Origin: the human T2T-CHM13v2.0 reference genome, Homo sapiens
Direction: 5' to 3' (one strand)
DNA: 64,000 nt
NCBI RefSeq assembly: GCF_009914755.1
Contig: NC_060938.1
In this document: positions 27,091 through 37,084 of the stretch, in pieces
How positions within the stretch are numbered: the stretch's first letter is position 1
How the letters are laid out: each line of letters opens with the position of its first letter
Program-made: the position numbers and the translations under genes
Notes under the pieces: model-generated
Seen by the model: the letters and a program-made list of their open reading frames with translations, nothing else
Told to the model about the DNA's origin: nothing
Database searches by the model: none

Positions 27091-28576
27091 ATCTAATTTT
27101 CTCTCAGACTGATAAGGGTTTGTTCCACTTTTAAGTGTCTGTCACACGCCCTTTCACAATAAAACATTCTTCTTGAAAGCCTTCATTGATTGAGCCCCTT
27201 GAAGATTCAGGGACTTGCTTTGCCTCTGCTCTCTGATTTAAGCAGTCTCCTTTGTAAACATGGGCCTGTCGCCCTCTTTCACATTTCTCAAGGAAAAAAT
27301 GCTTAATTTGGATTCTCTATTTATTTTATTAATATTTTTTCTTTCACAGAACCTGATACAAATTCTTGACACAATGGAAGTACTAAAAAAAATAATGGTC
27401 TCATTTGGTAAATTAATTCATGCCTGGAGCTTAATCTTCATGCTGCATTTTGAGTCTACTTACTCTCTTTCTGCCATTGGGGGTCAGCGTAGGGTGAGGT
27501 AAAACAGAGAGAAAGAATTTTTGAGGAGCTCCCTTTCTGTTGAACGACGTCTTTTAAGGTTTTATAGGAAAAAATAAACAGCACTTTGAAGGCAGAAAGC
27601 AGAAGGCAGAGGTAGAGACTGTTGTTAGGCATGGCTTGGGCATTTAATGCATTGTGTGGATAATGACAATGGTCAGTTGTTAGCAGCATCAGTGGTTCTT
27701 GCATTGGACCATTGTTAGGCTTATTTGCTGTAAGTGATCCCTGCTGTGTTAAAAAGGCAAATAAATATCCCAGTTTCATTTTAATATTATTTTTGCTAGG
27801 GAAGAGAGAATCATTTTTTGAGATACCCAGCTTTTGCACAGCCTGCCACAGTTACTATTACCATCATTTGTTACACTGGCTTTAAAAAACAAAACAAAAA
27901 ATTCCTATATTCAGTGTGTCTCTTCAGAACCTATTTTATTTTTAACATTCAGTTATGGCTCTTTGCTGATCTTTTGTACTGCTGCTGTGTTGGCATTAGC
28001 TTTGCTATTTATGATTTCTGCATTTCCATTATGATGCTTACATGTTCTGTATTTCACTGCAAAAAAATATATATTTGACCTGTTCTAAAAACCCTGCTCA
28101 TTTAAATCCAAATCTTTCTGTGGCTGTTTTTGCATGTGTCTTCCAAATCTTGGTGACCAAATCCAGACCCAGGAAGGGAAGAGTTTCCACCTCATTTTAG
28201 TCTATTAAAGCGGAGTGTTCAGCATGCCTTCTCAGGTCTCCAAAAGGGCAGCAATCAATTTTGGGGAAATACTAAACCATTTTTCACTTTTATGAACCAC
28301 TGAAATCTATTTGCATATTAGGTGAAATCACTGGAGTACATTCCTGCCCCATTTTGTGTATGTCTTCAGATTGTCCAGCTGTGATCATGTGTACGTTGGG
28401 GAATACATATACTCCTCTGCCTAAAGCAAAAGACCAATGTCTTTATTAAGCATAAAGATCAGGGTTCAAAGCTCAGCTCCACTACTTACTAACTTGGACT
28501 TCTGTTGTAGAGAGAAAACGTTCATGTTTCTGCATTGCTTTGACTTCACATGGAGCCCTTTCTTCTTTTACTGCAG

Positions 28577-28661
28577 GCTCCCGCATTGCAGTCTTTCTAC
28601 CTGGGACCACTGTCTACACATTGACTCCCTCTCTGCTAGAGGGTAATGATGGGATGATATG
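28577..28661 (+). other. Candidate 85-nt exon (probably non-coding)
   Basis: Acceptor ccctttcttcttttactgcag|, branch-like ctttgac ~33 nt upstream, donor atg|gtaagt. No transcript evidence available. Confidence 0.35.
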
Positions 28662-28765
28662 GTAAGTTCTACTCTTTCCTGCCATTGCTTGTCACACCTA
28701 AAAACCAATATATATTCTTATTAATTTCAAGTACTTTTTTGTGCACAGATATGTTTGTACTAGGC

Positions 28766-28955
28766 CAGTGGTTTTCAACCAGGTTGATTTTTGCTCACAA
28801 GGAGACATTGGCAATTTTTGATTGTCACGCTGAGGTAAAGGAGGTAATACTTAGAGATAGAAGCCAAGGATGCTACATGCAACAAGACACAGGAGAGCCC
28901 CTCACAAGAATTATCTGGTCCAAAATGTCAGTAGTGCCAAGGTTAAGAAATTCTG
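28766..28955 (+). mobile_element. MER20 hAT DNA transposon
   Basis: cagtggttttcaacc ... aagaattatctggtccaaaatgtcagtagtgccaaggttaagaaattctg. Confidence 0.85.
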
Positions 28956-29049
28956 TGCTGAGCACTGAATATAAAAATTATATGAAGCATAGACATTTCA
29001 TCAAATAAAGCACAAAAACAGATTTTATAGGTGATAGAGCATATAAGAC

Positions 29050-30110
29050 AATACTGACAAAGATACAGAGGACATAAAATACATTATACTAAGACTGGAG
29101 TGGGAAAAGATGTCAGAAAATTTTCACTGAAGAGAATGCTTTGTCTGAGACTAGAAGAATGACCGGAAATTTTCCTTGGTGAGCAGGAATGGAATAAAGA
29201 GTGCATTGTAGGCCAAAGAAGTGAATGAAGCAAACGCTGGAAGGCAGGTGAGCAAATCAAATTTTGAGAACAATGTAGGGAGAAGGCATGGCATGAGCGG
29301 CTATGGGAAATCCTGTCATGGGAGGACATCATATACAATTTTAAGTCATTGCTACCTTTTCAAGAAAGAATACTTTGCAGCAATGTGGGGGAGGGGGTCT
29401 AAATTGAATATTTGGAGATTGGAGCCAGGAATCCAATTAAGAAGTTATTTCAATAGCCCGGTAAGAAATGATGGGGCTGGAGAGAACCTGTGCTGAACTG
29501 TCAGCTAATGGATGAACATGATGAACATCCAAGGGCATGGAAATTTTCTTTGAAACCCTCTCCTCCACAGACTAATCTAGAAATTAACTAGATCATTTTC
29601 TTTTGGGTCAAAGAAATAGTTACTAGAAGGAGGCTGTAAAGCATGCAGTGAAGGGACAGTTTGCTCTTGTTCAGCTGATTGTACTATTTCTCTTTAAACT
29701 AGAACTGTGAATCCAAAAGTTTATTATGGCTCTTTGTTCATCATATTCTGAATTGACTTCCCAGCTTTTGGCAAGGGGGTTGAGTGAATGATGGTGTCAT
29801 TCAATGAGAAAGGAAGTGAATGCAGACAAGGGGCAGTTGTGGGGGAAGACGGTGTGTTCACTGGAAACGTTTCTGTGGGACATTTAGGGAGAGATACTGT
29901 TGGGCACACAGAGAGAGACTGTGTCAGTGATATTAGATTTGGAAACCACAATCTAAGAGGTAATAAATGAATGCAAGATCAAGCAAGAAAAATATATATG
30001 GCAATATAAGAAACTAATTTAAGATAGACTACTGAATAGTGGCTATTTTGGGGCCAGAAGAATCAGAACTGCCATTGAAGAACATGGAGAAAGGTGGTAA
30101 AGAAAGAAAA
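29050..30110 (-). mobile_element. L2 fragments
   Basis: gatggtgtcattcaatgaga, gatattagatttggaaacc and similar antisense L2 motifs. Confidence 0.6.
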
Positions 30111-30116
30111 GAGTGG

Positions 30117-30481
30117 TATATTAGTCCGTTCTCATGCTGTGTAAAGAATACTACCTGATACTGGGTAATTATAAAGGAAAGAGGTTTAATTGACTCACAG
30201 TTCTGCATGGCTGAGGAGTTTTCAAGAAACTTATAAACCTGATGGAAGGTGAAGGGGAAGCAGGCACCTTCTTCATAAGGTAGCAGGAGGGAGTGCCCAA
30301 GCAGGTGAAATGCCAGGTGCTTATAAAACCACCAGATCTCATGAGAATTCAGTATCCTGAGAACAGCGTGGGGGAAACTGCCCCCATAATCCAATCACCT
30401 CCCACTAGGTCTCTCCCTCAACACCTGGGGGTTAAAATTCAAGATGAGATTTAGGTGGTGACACAAAGCCTAACCATATTA
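30117..30481 (-). mobile_element. THE1/MSTA-type MaLR solo LTR (THE1D-like)
   Basis: aaaggaaagaggtttaattgactcacagttc; 5-bp TSD agtgg at 30112-30116 and 30482-30486. Confidence 0.92.
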
Positions 30482-31151
30482 AGTGGTAGCAAGGAAATAA
30501 AAAGAGATGAATCTTTTAACCTTTGCTTATGCCAGGGAAGTGAATTTTGGGTGGGAGAGATTATTAAATTTTTAATATATTTCTATACTCTGACTTGCTA
30601 TAATAAGTACGTACTAAAAAGATATGCTCTAACTTTATCAGAGTATAACTTACATAAAATGTATCCTTTCAAGTGAATAATTTGATGCTCTTTGACAATT
30701 TTTTTCACCCATGTAATCTCACTCTAATCAAAACATAAACTATTCTGTCATCCTAAAAAGTTCACTTGTGATTCATTGAAATAAGGGCTCCTGGCTGAAT
30801 TTCCTGGGAGTTTGTCCTACAGGTTTTAGACTTAACCCACAACCACATGAGCCAATTCCTTAAAAAATAAATGTCTTTGTATATAATATAAATATAATTG
30901 TAAGTTTGCTTGTCTTTTCAACTCTGTTATTAGTTATATACACATTTAGAATTGTTATGTTTGATGAATCAATATTTCTGTTAAGAAATGTTCTTCTTTT
31001 ATAGTATTTCTTTTCCTGAATTCTAATTAGTCTGCTAATAACATAGCTACATCTACCTTATGATTAATGTTTGGATGGTATATCTTTTTATATTCCTTTA
31101 TATTTAACATATTTTGTTTCTTTATAGTTCCATGTAATTCTTTTAGACAGT

Positions 31152-31188
31152 TGAATTAGGGTTCTCTTAGAGGGACTGAACTAACAGC

Positions 31189-31220
<32 letters not shown>

Positions 31221-31752
31221 GTAGTATGTGTATGTATCTATATAGTGTGTATATGTATACACTATTAGTGTGTGTATATATAGTATATATATATACTATT
31301 AGCATGTGTGTATATGTATATACACTACTAGTATATATATATATATATTAGTATAAACTCCCATATATATGGGAGTTTATTAAGTATTAACTTACATGAT
31401 CACAAGGTCCCACAATAGGCTGTCTGCAAGCTGAGGAGCAAGGACAGCCAGTCTAAATCCCCAAACTGAAGAATTTGAAATCCAGTGTTCAAGGGCAGGA
31501 AACAACCAGCATGAGAGAAAGATGTAAGCTGGGAGGCTAGGCCAGTCTCTCTCCCTTTCATGTTTTTCTGCCTACTTTATATTCGCTGGAAGCTGATTAG
31601 ATTTTGCCCACCAGATTAAGGGTGGATTTGCCTTCCCCAGACCTTTGACTCAAATGTTAATCTCTTTTTGCAACACCCACACAGACACACCCAGGATTAA
31701 TACTTTGTATCCCTCAATGCAATCAAGTTGCCACTCAGTACTAAGCATCACA
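31152..31752 (-). mobile_element. MLT2A (HERVL) solo LTR with expanded (TG)n/(TA)n tract
   Basis: agggttctcttagagggac...gatcacaaggtcccacaataggctgtctgcaagctgaggagcaagg...catcaca; TSD acagt/gcagt. Confidence 0.9.
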
Positions 31753-32246
31753 GCAGTATAGAGTTGCATGTTTCATTTTTTTAAATCGAATCTGATACTC
31801 TCTGCCTTTGAACTGGGATATGTAGACAATAACAGTCAATCATATGATTATTGATATGGCTAGGTTTACATCTACCATTTTGCTGTTTATTTTAAATTTG
31901 TTCCATCTGCTCTTTGTCCTTCATTTCTGTTTTCTTTTGGAATAATTGAGTATTTTAAAATATAATTTTATCTGCTTTGTTGAGTTATTAACTATGACAA
32001 TATTTTTTATTTTGTTATCATAGTGATTGCTTTAGGGTTCCTGGTATACATCTTTAACTTAACACAGCTTACCTTCAAGTGGTGTTATACAATTTCATGT
32101 ACAGTATACGATCTTTACACTAGTACACTTTCATTTTCCTTCTCCCAGCCACTGTGCTACTGTTCTCATTTATTTTACTTTTATGTAGGTTATACATACA
32201 ATACTACATTGTGACTATTATCTAAACAGGGAATTATCTTTTAAAG

Positions 32247-32277
<31 letters not shown>

Positions 32278-32320
32278 ATCTATCATCTATCTGTCTATAT
32301 TTATTTATTTATTTATTTAT
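32247..32320. repeat. Compound (TATC)n/(TTTA)n microsatellite derived from the L1 tail
   Basis: Read directly; lies between the left TSD and the L1 3' end. Confidence 0.9.
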
Positions 32321-33018
32321 TCTTCCCAACTTTTATTTTAGGTTCAGGGGGTATATGTGCAAGTTTCTTACCTGGGTAAATTACATGTTGTGGGGGTTTG
32401 GTATACAGATTATTTTATCACTCAGGTAACAAGCGTAATAGCCAATAGGTAGTTTTTTAATCCTCACCCTTCTCCCACCCTCCACCCTCAAATAGGCCCC
32501 AGTGGCTATTGTTGCCATTTTTGTGTCTGTGTGTATTTAATGTTTAGCTCCCCCTTATACGTGAGAACATGCAGTATTTGGTTTTCTGTTCTTGTGTTAA
32601 TTTGCTTAGGAAAATGGCCTCCAGCTCCATCCACATTGCTGCAAAGACATAATTTCATTCTTTTCTTATGGCTGTGTAGTATCACACAGTGCATATGTAC
32701 CACATTTTCATTATCCAATCCAAAATTGATGGGCATCTGGGTTGATCCCATGTCTGTGCTATCATAGATAGTGCTGCAATGAACTGTGCGTGTGTCTTTA
32801 TGGTAGAGCGATTTATATTCCTTTGGATATATACCCAGTAATGAGATTGCTAGGTTGAATGGGATTTCTGTTTTAAGTTATTTGAGAAATCTTCAAACTG
32901 CTTTGCACAGTAGCTGAACTAATTCACATTCTCACCAGCAGTGCATAAACATTCCGTTTTCTCCACAATCTTGCCAGTATCTGTTATGTTTTTTGACATT
33001 TTAATAATAGCCATTCTG

Positions 33019-33930
33019 TGGGTGAAAATATTTGCAAACTATGCATCTGACAAAGGTCTAGTATCCAGCACATCTATAAAGAACTTAAACAAATTTACAA
33101 GAGAAAAACAAACAACTCTATGAAAAAGTGGGCAAAGGACATGAACAGACATTTCTCAAAAAGATACATATGGCCGACAAGCATATGAAAAAAGCAAAAT
33201 ATCACTGATTATTAGAGAAATGCTACCATATCACACCAGTCAGAATGGCTATTAGTAAAAGACAAGAAACAACAGATGCTGATGAGGTTGCAAAGAAAAA
33301 GAAACTCTTATACACGATTGGTGGGAATGTAAATTAGTTCAACCGTCATGGAAAGCAGTGTGGCAATTCCTCAAAGAGCTAAAAGCAGAACTACCATTCA
33401 AATAAGCAATCCCATTACCTATATTCCAGAGGAACATGAATCATTTTACTATAAAGATACATACACACAAAATGTTCATCGCAGCACTATCCACAATAGC
33501 AAAAACATGAAATCAACCTGAATGCCTATCAATGACAGATTGGATAAAGAAAATGTGGTACATATACACTGTGGAATACTATGAAGCCATAAAAAAGAAC
33601 GAGATCTTGTCTTTTGCAGGAACATGGATAGAACTGGAGGCTATTATCTTTAGCAAACTAATGCAGGAACACAACACTAACTGCCGCATGTTCTCACTTA
33701 AGTGGGAGCTAAATAAGAACTTACGAACACAAAGAAGGAAACAACAGCCATTGGGGTCTACCTGAGAGTGAAGGAATGGAGGAGGGAGAGAAGCAGAAAA
33801 GATAACTGTTGGGTACCGGGCTTAATACCTGGGTGATGAAATAATCTGTACAACAAACCCCCATGACACAAGTTTACCTATGTAACAAACCTTCACAGGT
33901 ACCCCCAAACCTAAAATAAAAGTTTGAAAA
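33019..33930 (+). mobile_element. 5'-truncated L1PA13/14-like insertion inside the older L1
   Basis: Sense ORF2 end and 3'UTR ending cctaaaataaaagtttgaaaa; TSD aa(t/c)aatagccattctg at 33003-33018 and 33930-33945. Confidence 0.92.
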
Positions 33931-35461
33931 ACAATAGCCATTCTGACTGGTGTGAGATGGTGTCTTATTTTGATTTTCATCTTCATTTCCCTGATTAGTG
34001 ATGTTGAGCGTTTTTTCATATGTTTGTTGGCCACTTGTATGTCTTATTTTGCAAAGTCCCGGTTCATGTCCTTTGCCCACTTTTGAATGGGGTTATTTGT
34101 TTTTTGATTGATGAATTATTTAGGTTCCTTATAGATTCTGGATACTTGGCCTTTGTTGGTTACATAATTTGGGAATATTTTTTTCCCATTCTGTAGGTTG
34201 TCTGTTTACTCTGTTGATAGTTTGTTTTGCTGTGCAGAAGCTCTTTAGTTTAATTAGGTCCCATTTGTCAGCTTTTGTTTTTGTTGTGATTGCTTTTGGA
34301 GACTTTGTTATAAAATCTTTGCTGGGTCCTATGTTCAGAAAGGTGTTTCCTAGTTGAACACTTTACCATTATGTAATGCCCTTCTTTGTCTTTTTTGATC
34401 ATTATTGCTTTAAAGTCTGTTTTGTCTGAAATTAGATTAGCAATCCCTGCTCTTTTTTGTTTTCCATTTTGTGGGTAGATTTTTCTCTAACCCTTTACTT
34501 TGAGCATATGACCCATCTCACATGCATGCCACCCATAGGAGGCATGTTTGTATAGCATACAATTGGGTTTTGCTTCTTTATTCAGCTTGCCACCCTGTAT
34601 TTTAAGTGGGGTGTATGTCCAAGGTTAATATTGATATTTGTGGATTTGATCCTGTTATCATGTTTTACCAGGTTGCTATGCAGGCATGATTGTGTAGTTG
34701 CTTCATAGTGTCAATGGTCTATGTACTTAAGAGTTTTTGTGGTGGCTGGTAATGGTCTTTTGCTTCCATGTTTAGCACTCTCTGAAGGACCTCTTACAAA
34801 GCAGGTCTGGTGGTAATAAATTCTCTTAGCATTTGCTTGTCTGAAGAGGATTTTCTTTCTCCTTCACTTATGAAGCTCAGTTTGGCTAGATATAAAATTC
34901 ATAATTGAAACTTCTTCCTTTTAAGAAGGCAAAATATAGGCCCCCAGTATCTTCTGGCCTGTAGAATTTCTGCTGAAATGTCCACTGTTAACCTAATAGG
35001 ATTTGTTTTGTAAGTGACCTAACCTTTCTCTCTAGCTGCCTTTACTATTTTTTCTTATATGTCGTCCTTGGTGAATCTGATTACAATGTATTTTGAGGAT
35101 AGTTGTCTTATATAATACCTCACAGGGGTTTTCTCAGTTTCCTGAATTTGAATGTTGACCTTTCTAGTAAGGTTGGAGACATTTTCATAATCAATATTGT
35201 CAAATATATTTCCCAAGTTGCTTGCTTGCTTTCTGCTTCTTTCAGGATGCCAATGAGTCATGGGTTTGTTCTCTTTACATAATCTCATATTTCTTGGAGA
35301 TTTTGTTCATTATTTTTTCTTTATTTTTGTCTGACTCAATTGTTTTGAAGGACTGGTCTTCAAGCTCTGAGATTCTTTCCTCAGCTTGGTTTATTCTGCT
35401 ATTAGTACTTCTGATTGTAATGTAAAATTCTTGTAGTGAGTTTTTCAGCTCTATCAAATTA

Positions 35462-35800
35462 CTTCCTTCCTTCCTTCCTTTGTTCCTTCCTTCCTTCTTC
35501 CTTTTTTCCTCTCTCCCTCTCTCTCTCCCTCCTTCTCTACTTCTCTCCCTCCCTCTCTTCCTCCTTCTTTACTTCCCTCTCCTTCCTTCCTTTCTTTTTC
35601 TTCCTTCTTTCTTTCTCTCTTTTTCCTTTCTTTCTTTTCTTTTCTTTTTTCTTCTTTCATGTCTTTTTCTTCTTTCTTTTTCTTTCTTTTCTTCTTTCTT
35701 TCCTTCCTTCCTTCCTTTCTCTTTATTTTCTTTTTTCTTGTCTTTTCTTTTTTTCTCCTTCCTTTCTTCCTTCTTTCCTGCCTTCTTTTTTTTTTTTTTT
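35462..35800. repeat. ~340-bp polypyrimidine (TTCC/TTTC/CT) low-complexity tract
   Basis: Almost purine-free on the + strand; contiguous with the Alu poly-T. Confidence 0.95.
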
Positions 35801-36082
35801 GAGACAGAGTCTCTCTCTGTCAGCCAGGCTGAAGTGCAGTGACACAATCTCAGCTCACTGCAACATCCACCTCCTGGGTTCAAGAAATTCTCCTGCCTCA
35901 GCCTCCTGATTAGCTGGGACTACAAGCATGTGCCACCATGCCCAGTTACTTTTTGTAGTTTTAGTGGAGACAGGTTTTCGCCATGTTGGCCAGGCTGGTT
36001 TCAAACTCCTGACCTCAAGTGATCTGCCTGCCTCAGCCTCCCAAAGTGCTGGGATTACAGTCATGAGCCACTGTGCACAGCC
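35786..36082 (-). mobile_element. Alu (S-type)
   Basis: Antisense dimer with ctcctgacctcaagtgatc; host L1 resumes at ttctttctt/aaaa. Confidence 0.95.
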
Positions 36083-36461
36083 TTCTTTCTTAAAATGGTT
36101 ATTTTATCTTTCAGATCTTGTATTATTTGACTGGATTCCTTACATTCCTTGGATTGGGTTTTGACCCTCTGAATCTCAATGATCTCTTGTTGTTATCCAG
36201 ATTCTGAATTCTATGTCTGTCATTTTAGCGATTTCAGTGTGATTAAGAACCATTGCTGGGAGTAGAATAGTTGTTTGGAGGTAAGAAGACTCTGGCTTTT
36301 TGAGTTGCCAAATTCTCGCACTGTTTTATTATGTATGTATGTATGTATGTATGTATGTATGTATTTATTTATTTTTTCATATGTGTGGGCTGATGTTCCT
36401 TTAATCTTTGAAGGTGCTGTCCTTTGGATGGGGTTTTTTGCTTTTATATTCTTTGATGCCT

Positions 36462-37084
36462 TGAGATAGGAGAATAGAGTCTAGAGGCAGGGCAATTCAC
36501 ACTGCCTTTCTAGAACTAAATCAAAAGGAAAACCCCAACTTTCCATGCTCAAGTAACAAAAGGACCAGAGGCTATTCCTTTTCAATCCCCTCCCTGATTT
36601 TTCTGCATGGCAGATGAAAAATTGAAAGTATTCCCTCCCACAACCAATCAGATTGGTCATAGGCCTAGTCTTTATTTGCACAGGAATGTAAATTTGTAAC
36701 TTCACTTCAGCCTCTGTTTGGCCCCCTCTTGCAAATCAGATGTTTGCATAGGGTGGAACTTTGTAACGTCACTTCAGCCTATGATTGATCACTTTCCATA
36801 ACCAATCCGACTGGTTGTGGGCCACTCCTTCATTGACATAGGGTATAAACTAAGTACCCAATGGGAAATCTTTAGAGGGTATTTAAACCCCATAAAATTC
36901 TGTAACCAGGACTCTTGAGCCGCTTACTGGAGCCCACTCCCACTCTGTGGAGTGTACTTGCATTTCAATAAATCTCTGCTGTCATTACTTCATTTATTCC
37001 TTGCTTTGTGTGTTTTGTCCAATTCTTTGTTCAAAACACCAAGAACCTGGATGACTTGTAGTCCAAGGCCCTCCACTGGTAACA
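36462..37084 (+). mobile_element. MER51-type ERV1 solo LTR
   Basis: tgagataggagaatagagtctagaggcaggg...ctagaactaaatcaaaaggaaaacccc; CCAAT boxes; tatttaaa; AATAAA at ~36967; ends ccactggtaaca. Confidence 0.85.

Noticed and set aside
33019-33930. Twin-priming 5' inversion of a single L1
   Set aside because: The inverted part has its own 3' end, tail and 16-bp TSD and duplicates host sequence, so it is a separate insertion.
35436-35909. Long F/S/L-rich and K/E/R-rich ORFs
   Set aside because: Stop-free by composition of the polypyrimidine tract plus the Alu.
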